Assembly (NCBI RefSeq): GCF_030684315.1
Contig: NC_081396.1
Span: forward strand, 248,001-312,000
Reading direction: 5' to 3'
Length of the DNA: 64,000 nucleotides
From: Stegostoma tigrinum
Lineage: Eukaryota
In this document: piece by piece, positions 11,869-23,413 of the stretch
Layout: each line of letters begins with the position of its first letter
How positions within the stretch are numbered: the first letter of the stretch is position 1
Notes under the pieces: model-generated
Database searches by the model: none
Seen by the model: the letters and a program-made list of their open reading frames with translations, nothing else
What the model was told of the DNA's origin: nothing
Position numbers and translations under genes: made by a program

Positions 11869-12186
11869 TTTAGATTAGATTAGATTATCTACAGTGTGGA
11901 AACAGGCCTTTTGGCCCAACAAGCCCACACTGCCCCTTGACGCATCCCACCCAGACCAATCCCCCTATAACCCACACACCCTTGAACACTATGGTCAATT
12001 TAGCATGGCCAATCCACCTAACATGCACATCTTTGGACTGTGGGAGGAAACTGGACCACCCAGAGGAAATCCACGCAGACACAGGGAGAATGTGCAAACT
12101 CCACACAGTCACCTGAGGCTGGAATTGAACCCGGGTCCCTGGCGCTGTGAAGCTGTAGTGCTAACCACTGAGCCACCGTGCCACCC
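11869..12186 (-). mobile_element. HE1-like V-SINE (well preserved)
   Basis: tRNA-derived head GGTGGCACGGTGGCTCAGTGGTTAGCAC...GGGTTCAATTCC, V-domain, (TCTAA)n tail. Confidence 0.92.
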
Positions 12187-12649
12187 TTGGCTGCGATTAG
12201 ACTTGAAACCGAGGCAATGAGGATTTGGTACAGAGTTGGTGAAGGAAAACACCAGGTTCTGTGCCTGTGTTTGAGACTTGGCACTGGAAATGGCAGAGTA
12301 TTTCCTGCAGGTGGCAGACTTGTCCCTGGTACTCTTCATGGTATTTTCAAAGCCGAGTTGGTTGGCCTGGTGAATAAGGACAGGACAAGAAAGGCACAAT
12401 AATTCAAGGTCTCAAATAGCACTTAGGTTTAGAAGAAAGTCAGAGGATGCTGAGTATTTCACACATGAAACATAGGAATCAGGACGCAATCAGTTACAGT
12501 GGTTGGAGTGTAAGGAAAGAATGAAGAAACAAGAGATGGCAAAAACGGACAAAGATAGAGCACAGAAATATAAGAAATTGGAGATGGGGATGGAAACAAA
12601 AATACTTTTACAACTGCTAATGCTGCAGCTGAGGCTGAAGGAGTTCCAT

Positions 12650-14215
12650 AGTGTTATTGTATTAGAGTGACCAGACGTGCAGGTTAAGAATACACAGTTG
12701 TTGATCAATAACCGTACCTCCCAGACATCATGAGGAGAAATTGTGAGGAGCACATGGAGATCATGTAGCATAAAGGAATATGGAAAGCATAGGTATGAAA
12801 ATCAGGTATTTTACATGGCCACAACTTCATAAATATGTACTACAGTTTTGTAAAACATGTCACATTTGTCAGATCATCAGAAAACCTCAGCACGTCATCA
12901 AATCAGCACTTTTGATGCCTGTCCAAGATTTTGATGGACCATTTAGTAAAATTTCAGCAGGTTATGTATGATCATTACGAAAACTAAAAGTAGGACATCA
13001 GTACATCCTTACAATCATGGATATGAAAACCTGACTCCCAGAAGCTATTCCTTTCAGAATGAGATAGTAGGAACTGCCGATGCTGGAAAATCTGAGATAA
13101 CACGGTGTGAAGCTGGATGAACACAGCAGGCCAAGCAGCATCAGAGGAGCAGGAAAGTTGACGTTTTGGTCGACCCAAAACATCTTCACACCGTGCTATC
13201 TCCTTTCAGAATGAGTCCAGTTGGATGTTAACACAGTTATTTTTGAACTCATTATGGACTAACAATGAAGGTACAGTCTGTTCAAGGTTCTAAGTTGATG
13301 TCTGAAGCTTTCCATCAAATAATTAGCAGCTTGGGAATTAAATAATTGAAGTCATTTGTGTATAATCTGCAAACACAGTCAGCTCTCCAAAGGTACCACT
13401 GAACTGTCAAAAGCATAATCAAAGCAGGCTGTCATGAATACCCACAGGATTAAGATAAATGATTAGATTTCTATTTGCTACCAGACATTCACAAATAAAT
13501 CTCCTGGATTTCGTTCATTAAAATATTTAAAGAGGGTGGTGAAATTTTAGTGTTGTTGCCATTACAAGATGAACAACTGAAAGCAAAATTCAGTGCTTCA
13601 TTTGAAGATGTTTGGGGGGAGTGAGGTGAATGATTGGATAAATACTCCTCGCCGTAGGAAGATGTATAGGTTTTGTCACATCAACATGCTGTAAAGGGAT
13701 TATCATTGGGAAGACGATGGGGAGGAACAACTGTGTCAGATGGTTAGTGTAATGGGGGATGATAAATCTAGAAGGACAGGTTGACAGTTCTCAAAGCAAA
13801 CCTCCTCCAACTGATCTTGCAAACATGGGAATATTGACAAAGTTAGACACTATTATCATATTTACAGGCAGGACAACAGGGAAATATTGTCAGACTGCTA
13901 ATGATGCATGAGCGAATCTGTAGACATACACCTGAATGTACTTTGTTAGCTGGATGTGATGTGGACATAGGAAATTCAGGGCTGATTAAAGAACATGTTT
14001 GAACCAAGGAAAACATGGTCAAGTGGAAACAGAGATTCAGAACATGCCGGAAAACCACTTGACTGAACTGAATCAAAGCAACTGAAGTTCACCAATAACA
14101 TTGTTTCTGGAACTGGGTGGATGAGCTAGAATTTGTGTAGATTATATGAATGTGAATACGGTTACAAGAACAGGTTTTAACCAAATTCCATGGTTGGAAG
14201 ACTGCATTGATTGGT
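12650..14215 (+). mobile_element. Heavily decayed Gypsy-type LTR retrotransposon pol (integrase-then-RT-like remnants)
   Basis: RYFTWPQLHKYVLQFCKTCHICQII.KP...PFSKI integrase zinc-finger remnant at 12780-12971; RT-like tgtgtagattat...gtgaat...gaagactgcattga near 14130-14210. Confidence 0.65.
13064..13200 (-). mobile_element. Mini Penelope tail insertion with 15-bp TSD
   Basis: TSD tcctttcagaatgag at 13049-13063 and 13201-13215; sequence homologous to 8026-8098. Confidence 0.8.
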
Positions 14216-14311
14216 CTGACAGTGCCTCATTCCTTTGGAGATTGATCTCATGCCATGTTTACATCCGAGAGGCATATGAATCAAATTATAGCTGAATGAC
14301 TCTGGACTTGG

Positions 14312-14668
14312 AATCAGAATCCCTACAGTGTGGAAGTAGGCCATTTGGCCCATTGAGTCTAACCAATCCTCCAAGAGCATTGCACTGAGACCTCCCCATT
14401 GCTCTATCTCTGTAATGCTGCATTTCCCACAGCCAAGCCATCTAACCTGCACATCCCTGGCCACAAGTGACAATTTAAGCACAGATGATCCACCTAACAT
14501 ACACATCTTTTGATTAAAGAAGAATAAAACAGAGCACATAGACAAAACCCACACAGACTTAGGGAGAATATGCAAATGCCACACAGACAGTTGCCCAAGA
14601 ATGAAATGCAATCCAGGTCCCTGGCATTGTGAGGCCTCAATACTAACCACTGAGCCACCATGCCACCT
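14312..14668 (-). mobile_element. HE1-like V-SINE
   Basis: Homologous to 11869-12186 along its length. Confidence 0.85.
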
Positions 14669-15550
14669 TTAGATGATGATGCAAAGTGACACATGTGGGT
14701 TAAGTCGAAGATCTGTTTAGGCAGCTACAGTTGGCTGGGTGTGTGATATATGTATAGTAAAAATACATTTCTCCAGGATCTGGGCCAGCAAGCCATTATA
14801 GTTGCTGCCAGTATGCAGATTTGAGACAGCAAAAGAGTCCCATTAGGCCTGAACTGAGAAAGAGAATTCATAGGCTGGTATCCAGGCGAGTGCACACCCT
14901 GGGATGCCCACTTACATCTGGCTTGAAGCAGTTAAATTGCTCAGCAACATCCGAATCAGAATCAATCAAGAAGAACATCAAGTTAATCAGTCACACAGTT
15001 CTCACGGAGGTTGATACGACACGGCTGTGTTCGTGATTGCAGAACCAGTCTTTAACTCTGGAATCTACAGTGTACGTTTGCAAAGGACGTGGCTAGACTG
15101 AGAACCAATACAGAGGAACTTTTACAGATTAACATAAAAACACAGAAAATAGGTGCAGGAATAGGCCATTTGGCCCTTAGGTATTGCGCCATCATTCAAT
15201 AAGTTGATGGCTGATCAATTTCAGTGTCCTACTCTCGCCTTCTCGCCTTTTTTTACTTCTATTCCTTTGTGGGATGTGGATGTCATTGGCTGGCCAGCAT
15301 TTCTTGCCCATTCTCACTTGCCCTTGAGAAGATGGTCGTGAGATGCCTTCTGGAACTGCTGCAGTCCTCTCCTGTGGCTTCACCCACGATGCTAAGAGGG
15401 AGGGAATTCCAGGATTTTGACCCAGCGATAATAAAGGAATGGCAATATATTTCGAAGTCAGGATGGTGAATGACTTGGGGGTGGACTTTGGACGTGGTGG
15501 TGTTCCCATATATCTGATGCCTTTGTCCTTCTGGGTGGAACTGGTAGTTC

Positions 15551-15823
15551 TGCTGAGGCAGAAATCAGGAGGCTGGAAAGTGAAGAAATCATCAAATCAG
15601 TACGGTTAGTGGAACGGGCAGCACTGGTCATATTAATTGTGAAGCCTGACGGGTTGGTTCACCTTTGTGGGGATTACAGACAAACGGTAATCTGCTTCGC
15701 ATAGCTGGATAAATACCCAATCCTCACATAGAGGAATTATATGCAAAACTGCCGGGGTTGCTGTCATTCACAAAGTTGGACATGGGGCATGTGTTTTTGC
15801 AATTATGGTTAGATGAAAATTCA
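15551..15823 (+). repeat. 273-bp near-identical direct copy of 16764-17036 (Gypsy RT relic)
   Basis: Reading the two segments side by side shows one substitution (tacggtt vs tacggtc). Confidence 0.9.
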
Positions 15824-16434
15824 AATCAATCAGTCTGGAGTTTGGAAGGTGCTGTCTGAGGATCTTTTGTGAATTTCTGCAGTGCATCTTGTAGATAGTA
15901 CACACCGCTGCGACTGAGCATCAGTCATAGAGGGAGTGATATTCCCTTTAGCCACAAGGGCTATGTTGATCTCCCTCTTGAATGCATCTAATGAACTGGC
16001 CTGAACAGCTTTCTGTGGAAGAGAATTCCAAAGCTTCACAACTCTGAGTGAAAAATTCTTCTTCATTTCAGACCTGAAAGCCTTACCCCTTGTTCTTAGA
16101 CAGTGACCCCTAATTCTGGACTTCCCCAACGTGGGTAACATTCTCCCTGCATGTAACCTGTCCAGTCACAACAGGATTTTATATGTTTCTATGAGTTTCC
16201 CCCTCTTAATTTTTTGAAATTCCTGTGAGTACTAGCCCAGTCGATCTAGACTTTCTTCATGTGTCAGGCCTGCCATCCTGGGAATCGGTCTGCTGAACCT
16301 TTGCTAGATTCTGTCAAAAACAAGAATGTCCTTCCTCAGGCTAGGAGGCCAAAACTGCACACGATATTCAAGATGTAGCCTCACCAAGGCCCTGTATAAC
16401 TGCTGAAAGACATGCCTTCTTCTGCATTCAAGAC

Positions 16435-17435
16435 CTCGCAATTCATAGTGAGTGGATTTGATGACAGGAGTACAGTAATGATGCAACTTTCGTTCCGGTC
16501 TCTTATGAAAAACAGCTGGTTGTAGTAAAAGGCTCAGACCCAAGCATGAAAGGGTGAAATTAGATGAGAAAGATTCATTTTGATTGGCTGAATATTTTTC
16601 ATTTAGAAATTGGCTGCCTGAGTGAAGTCCTCATTAAATAGTTGAAAAGTTTTCAGGAAGAGCTGGGGACTAGGAAAGGAGTCAAAGCCACTTTGCATGT
16701 TGACCAGGAATCAAATCAATCAGTCTGCAAGTCCTGCCCAGTGCCATTTGCATTACATGCAAATGCTGAGGCAGAAATCAGGAGGCTGGAAAGTGAAGAA
16801 ATCATCAAATCAGTACGGTCAGTGGAACGGGCAGCACTGGTCATATTAATTGTGAAGCCTGACGGGTTGGTTCACCTTTGTGGGGATTACAGACAAACGG
16901 TAATCTGCTTCGCATAGCTGGATAAATACCCAATCCTCACATAGAGGAATTATATGCAAAACTGCCGGGGTTGCTGTCATTCACAAAGTTGGACATGGGG
17001 CATGTGTTTTTGCAATTATGGTTAGATGAAAATTCACAGAGGAACGCTACAATTAATACCTAGAAGTGGTTGAACCAATATACTAGGTTGCCAACAAAAA
17101 CAGAAGTTGCTGGAAAGGTCAGCAAGGCTGGCAGCATGTGTGAAGAAAAATATCAGATTTAACAATTTGTCCTTCAGGGATGCTGCCACACCTGCTGGGC
17201 TTTTCCATCAACTTCTGTTTTTGTTCCTGATTGACAGCATCTGCAGTTCTTTTGGTTTTTATACAAAGTTGCCATTTGGGGTGTCATCAGCTTGTGCCAT
17301 TTTTCAGCAGATGATGTAGAACATTTTACAAGATTTATCCCAGGTTTCCATTTATCTTGAGTAACAGGAAAAACCAAAAAAGAGCACTTGGAGAACTTGG
17401 ACATTGTCTTTCGACATTCCACCAAACTGGGTGCA
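16435..17435 (+). mobile_element. Decayed Gypsy pol (protease/RT) relic containing a mini Penelope insert at ~17093-17259
   Basis: FQEELGT.KGVKATLHVD...PVPFAL...EAEIRRLE...IVKPDG.VHLCGDY; YTKLPFGVSSACAIFQ. Confidence 0.8.
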
Positions 17436-18766
17436 CACCATCCAGTCAGGAAGGCTGTCAGGACTGATAGGTTTTCCCTCTCCATCAAGTGTTGAAGAGA
17501 CCTCTGAATCTGAGATGGACATGGCAGATCTCAGTGCATCGATGCCTTTGCCAAGGAAGAAGACATGAATTTCTCTCGAGATGCTCTGGGCAAAAAGGTG
17601 AGTTCCTGTGCACTACATACAGCGCCTGTATCTGACATGGTGCTGGAGGAACCTAACCCAATGCTAAAACACCCAAGGTGGCACGATAAGAAAAGCACTG
17701 GCCTATGTCCTTGGACACAGTGAGGGAGAGATGCGGGGATTGTAAGGTGGTCAGCCAGATGGGCCTCATAGAATATGTATTCCCTTTTTAAGGCTGTTAA
17801 TCTGGTCCAATCATGACACAAAAGCTTTTCTCATTATTCTGTCAGAAGGTGTGGACTCTTCACTGATTGGGACAGTATTTATTGCCTGTCCCTTGTTTCT
17901 CTGAGAAGATGGGATGGACTGCCTACGATTTGCTGTGGGTGCAGCCATAACACTGTTATGGAGGGAATTCCAGGATTTTGATCCAGTGACACTGAAGGTA
18001 AAGTGAAATATTTCCAAGTCAGGATGGTAAGTGTAATCTGGAAGGTGCTGTATGAGGAGCATTTGGTGAATTTCTGCAGTGCATCTTGTAGATGATAAAT
18101 GCTGCAACTCTGCATCAGTGGCGGTGAGTGCAGTGTGGTGCTAACCAAGTGTTTTAGTTTGTCCTGGATGTTGTCTAGCTTGTCAAGTGTCCTTGGAGTT
18201 GCACTTATTAGAGAAATGGGGAGCATTCCATCACATTCTTGGCCTGTGATATGTAGATGGTGGACAGCCAATGGGGAGCTCCTTGCTGCAGGATTCCTGG
18301 CCTCTGACAGTGATAATGTCACTTGTCTAGTAATCTGGAAGTCCAGGCTAATTTGCTGGGGAGTTAAAGTAAAATAATTTAGCTCTCAGAAATGTGAAAT
18401 AAAGACAACGAGTGCTGGAGAAACTCAACAGGTCTGGCAGCATCTATGTTCGATGAACAGAGTTTACATGTAAGGTCTGACATGCAGAGTTTCTCTAGCA
18501 TTTTGTCCTTTTAATTTTCTGTGGATATGATCTCAAATCGCTCTGCAGCAGCTGATCAAACTCAAATTCAGAGTTAAATCTGGAGTTGAAAGCGAGTCGC
18601 AGTTTCGGTGAAAAGTTGTAAAAACCCATTTTGTTCACAACTTCCCTTCAGAGAAAGGAATCTGCTTTCTTTACCTGGCATCGCCAAGATGTGACTCCAC
18701 ACCCACAGCAACGTGGCTGATTCTGATGAGAAATGGAAAAGCAAGCCGCTCAGTTCATGAGCAATG

Positions 18767-18949
18767 TCAAAAATCACAAGACACCGGGTTATAGTCCAAC
18801 AGGTTTATTTGAAAACGCACGCTTTCCGAGCTCAGCTCCCTTCTCAGGCAGAGCAATAACCTATTGGGCTGGGACCTGGTTACAGACTACAACCTGATGT
18901 CGTGTGATTTTTGACCTTGTCCACCTCAGTCCAACTCTGGCATCTACAC
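18767..18949. mobile_element. Fold-back Penelope-type tail insertion with 13-bp TSD, inside a Deu/SacSINE1-like SINE
   Basis: TSD ttcatgagcaatg at 18754-18766 and 18950-18962; inverted arms tcaaaaatcacaagacacc / gatgtcgtgtgatttttga. Confidence 0.7.
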
Positions 18950-19079
18950 TTCATGAGCAATGAGGGAGGGGCAGCAAATGCTGTCGTTGGCAGTGGTGCC
19001 CACATCCCATGAAATAATCAATCAGACACAATATACCCATTCCATGAAATACAACACAATTCAGGCATGTATGCCTCCT

Positions 19080-19800
19080 CTTTCTCAATCGCCACTTCTT
19101 ACACTCTGTAACACCACATTCAATTCATTTCCTCTTATGATCTCTCTCTGTCTATTACATTCCTTCCCTCGCTCCTGCTTTATAACACACTCCTCCGCTC
19201 CATTTCCTTCTCTACCTCACTGTCCTGTTGTGTACGACACACATTCAGCCTTGTTTCCCAGGTAAGAAACAACATTCCGCCCACTGCTCCCACAACTCAG
19301 CCATCGACAAACTCACTCTCAGAGAGGAATAGGTGATTCTCTTACCATGACACCGCAGTATATTTGAGTCAGCTCCTAAACACGGCCATTCTTTCTTTCT
19401 CTTTCTCTCCATCCGAAATCCGAAACCCTCTGTTCTCAGTATAATGTTCACACTCAATGACTGCAAGTAACGGCCTGGGCCTCTGTTTCCTGTTTTGTGA
19501 CTGTTCGCTTCTCTCTGATCAGTCATTGTCCAGGCAGCGTGTTTGCACAAAGTGCTGCCAGTGTCTGAGAGACAACTTCTACGCTGCGCAGGATCAGCTG
19601 GGACAGGAAGGAACAGGGAGAAAGGGGAATAAGGGAGGGAGAGAGAAAGGGAAGCAGGAAATAGAGTGGGAAAGGGACAGAGAGATACAGGAACAGATGT
19701 GGGGAGAGGGAGAGTGAGAAAGCAGTGAAGGTGGGGTGAGGGTGGAAGGCAGAAAGTATGGGGTGGCGAGGAAAGGAGAGGGAGGTGGGAGATGGCTCAT
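19080..19800 (+). promoter_or_regulatory. Paralogous non-coding module A (candidate enhancer; most diverged copy)
   Basis: Aligns by eye with modules B-D (ctcccacaa.tca.c.at; CTGTTTCCTGTTT 19483-19495; ctgtt.g.ttctctc). Also TGAGTCA at 19365-19371 and CAGCTGggaCAGGAAG at 19595-19610. Function is inferred. Confidence 0.45.
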
Positions 19801-20700
19801 GTACCCATGGCAGCCAGCCTGCTGGAGGAGAGAGGGTGGGAAAAATTATAGAGGATCAAAGTGAGTTTGGGGTGGGAGTCACTTTGGTGACTGTTTCCAT
19901 TCCTGCATGGATAGAATGAGGAGACAGGATGGTGGTTTGTGCACAGGCTCCAGTTTGACAGGGTGAGGCTTTTCACCTTTCTCATGGAATTTGAAGATCT
20001 CTTGCAACACAAGCATTGATTGCCCAATTCTAATTGCTCTTCATCGGTGGTTGTAAGCCTGCTGCTTAAGTCACTGCAGTCTATCTGGCACAAGTGTAAC
20101 CACAGAGCTGTGAGGGACACAAGCCCAGTTTTTCACCCAGTGATGGTGAAGGAACAGTTACAAACAATCCTGTATGATTTTTAGAGGAACATGCAGATGT
20201 TGCACTGGGGTGGATCTATGCAGCATGGAGAGTTTGGTGCATTGGGTGAGATTCCTAGGAGGGGGTTTTCCAGTGAGCAAGTTTCATAGCTGGCGTGGGG
20301 GTTGGAAATGTTTTAATGAGCATATTTAAACCTACAGCCACCCAAGACATTTGTGCATCTCTGATTTGAATTACTCCATCATCAATGCCGGGGACTTAAG
20401 CTGCAAGTCCCTCAGCTCTGGAGTTCCCTATTAATTCCTTTCTGCCGCTCAATCTCTCTTTCCTCCTTTCAGCTGCTCTATAAAGCTGACACCAGGCCTG
20501 TTATCTCCTCATGTGACTTGGTGTCATACTTGGCTTGAATTCCCTCCTCTGACTTGCATTGGAATGTTTCATTCAGCCAAAGGCTCTCGATGAAGGAGGT
20601 TGTTGTTGTACTTGTTCCAGATGTCTCAGTTTCTCATTTTTGAACATCGGCTCTTCCCTGATAGCTGCCTGGGAACTAATGAAGTGTAACCTGGGCTACA

Positions 20701-21362
20701 TCGGTGGCACAGTGGCTCAGTGGTTGGCACTGATGCCTCACAACGTCAGGGATCCAGGTTTGATTCTGGTGGTGACTGAATGGTATTATTGCTGGACTGT
20801 TAATCCAGAGACCCAAATAATGTTCTGGGGACATAGGTTCAAATCCTGTCATGGCAGATTGTGGAATTTGATCTGGAATTAAGAGTCTAATAATGATCAT
20901 GAAAGCATTGTCGATCATCCAAAAAACCCATTTGGATCACTCATGTCCTTTGGGGAAGAAAATTGCCATCCTTACCTGGTCTGGCCTACATGTAACTCCA
21001 GACTTTTAACTGCTGTCTGGGCATTTAGGGATGGGCAACAAATGCTGGCCTAGTCAGCGATGCCCTCATCCCATGAATGAATAAGGAAATAAAAGTTCCA
21101 CCCTTGGGTGACTCTCTGTGTGGAGCCTGTGTCTGCATGGGTTTCCTCTGGGTGCTGACAGTCCAAAGATGTGTAGGTTAGGTGGATGGGCCATGCTTAA
21201 GTTGTCAAGAATGCTCAGGGATGTGCAGGCTAGGTGGATTAGCCATGGGAAATGCAGGGTTACAATGATAGGTGGTTGGGTCTGGTTGGAATGCTCTTTG
21301 GAGGGTCAGTGTGGAAATGACGGGCCAAATGGCCTGCTTCCACAGTATTGGGATTCTATGAT
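20701..21362 (+). mobile_element. HE1-like V-SINE interrupted by a Deu/SacSINE1-like SINE (~20767-21094)
   Basis: HE1 head ends at ...ggtttgattc (20766) and resumes at ttccacccttgggtgac (~21096); the insert has its own tRNA-like head, central ccttacctggtctggcctacatgt.actccagac and LINE-derived tail ...atcccatgaatgaataa. Confidence 0.8.
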
Positions 21363-22122
21363 TTGCCTCACTATGTCTTCTCAGCTATTCAGTCAGGTTG
21401 TGTTCTTGATTTTACTGTCCCTGACACGCATAGTCTCACGTAAAATTTGTCTGGTGGATGTTCCCACTGCCTTTCTGCTCACCCTGAAACTGGTGCCCCA
21501 TGTTCGAGGGTGGCATGTGTATAGCACCTGCTAGCCTGACCACAATGAGGACTATTGAGGCTTGACACTTAGTTGCCCCTTCAGGGCCTAAAACTGCCAT
21601 ACAATGGGATGTATCCCATCCGATGTTTTAAGGCCAGCTTTTCACCCAAGTAGATGAAAAGGCAGGAAGGAGATGGGGTACATCCTCTGAAGTGATGCCT
21701 GTGATAGCAAGATCATCCATTCTGACAATGACACCCATTGTGTGTCTCTTGACTTGGCCTCCAAAACCCAGCCCCAAATGATGTGTTGGGTTACTTATGT
21801 GCCAAACAACAGAAGAAGCAAGTCATAGACAGGGCAAAGTAATCTCACAACCAATGGATCATGTCTCAGTCCTGCCACATCCAGTTGTGAATGATGGTGT
21901 CTGATTAAACACCTCACTGGAGGAGGAATCTCCACAAATGTCCCCATCCTCAAAGATAGTGGAGGCAGAACATCAGTGCAAAAAATTAGGCTGAAGCATT
22001 AGCATTAATCTTCAGTCAGAAGTGCAGAGTGGATGATCCATCTTGGGTTCCTCCTGAGATCCCCAGAATCACAATGCCAGACTTCAACCAATTCCATTCA
22101 CTCAACGTGATATCAGGAAGCA

Positions 22123-23413
22123 GAGAACATAGAACATTACAGCACAGCACAGGCCCTTCGGCCCTCAATGTTGTGCTGACCTGTCATACCGATCTCAAGC
22201 CCACCTCACCTACACTATTCCATGTACGTCCATATACTTGTCCAATGACGACTTAAATGTACTGAAAGTCGGCAAATCTACTACCGTTGCAGGCAAAGCA
22301 TTCCATTCCCTTACTACTCTCTGCATAAAGAAACTATCTCTGACATCTGTCCTATATCCTTCACCCCTCAATTTAAAGCTATGCCCCCTTGTGCTCGCCG
22401 TCACCATCCTAGTAAAAAGGCTCTCCCTATCCACTCTATCTCGCCCTTTGATTATTTTATATGTCTCAATTAAGTCACCTCTCAACCTTCTTCTCTCTAA
22501 CGAAAACTGCCTCAAGTCCCTCAGCCTTTCCTCGTAAGACCTTCCCACCATACCAGGCAACATCCTAGTAAATTTCCTCTGCACCCTTTCCAAAGCTTCC
22601 ACATCCTTCTTATAATGCGGTGATCAGAACTGTATGCAATACTCCAAGTGCAGCCGCACCAGAGTTTTTTTACAGCTGCAGCATAACCTCTTGGTTCTGG
22701 AACTCGATCCCCCATTAATAAAAGCTAAAACACTGTATTCCTTCTTAACAGCCCTGTCAACCTGGGTGGCAACTTTCAAGGATCTGTGTACATGGACACT
22801 GAGATCTCTGCTCATCTACACTACCAAGAATCTTACCATTAGTCCAGTACTTTGCCTTCTGGTTACTCCTACCAAAGTGCATCACCTCACACTTGTCTGC
22901 ATTAAACTCCATTTGCCACCTCTCAGCCCAGCTCTGCAGCTTATCTATTTCTCTCTGCAACCTACAGCATCCTTCGTCACTATCCACAACTCCACCGACC
23001 TTAGTGTCGTCTGCAAATTTACTAACCCATCCTTCTACGCCCTCATCCAGGTCATTTATAAAAATGACAAACAACAGTGGACCCAACACCGACCCTTGCG
23101 GTACATCACTAGTAACTGATCTCCAGGATGAAAATTTCCCATCAACTACCACCCTCTGTCTTCTTTCAACAAGCCAATTTCCGATCCAAACTGCTATATC
23201 TCCCACAATCCCATTCCTCCGCATTTTGTACAATAGCCTACTGTGGGGAACCTTATCGAATGCCTTGCTGGAATCCATATACACCACATCAACCGGTTCA
23301 CTCTCATGTACCTGTCTGGTCACCTTCTCAAAGAACTCAATAAGTTTTGTGAGGCATGACCTTCCCTTCACAAAACCCTGCTGACTATCCATAATCAATT
23401 TATTCTTTTCTAG
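22123..23413 (-). mobile_element. 5'-truncated CR1 LINE (RT and 3' end), frameshifted
   Basis: QGFVKGRSCLT.L..F...PQGSVLGPLLF...KFADDTK; (catagaa) tail at the left end. Confidence 0.93.

Noticed and set aside
14568-16764. Perfect octamers ATGCAAAT (~14569 and ~16757) as Ig enhancer sites
   Set aside because: Both are isolated and lie inside a SINE and a Gypsy relic; none occurs in the conserved modules.
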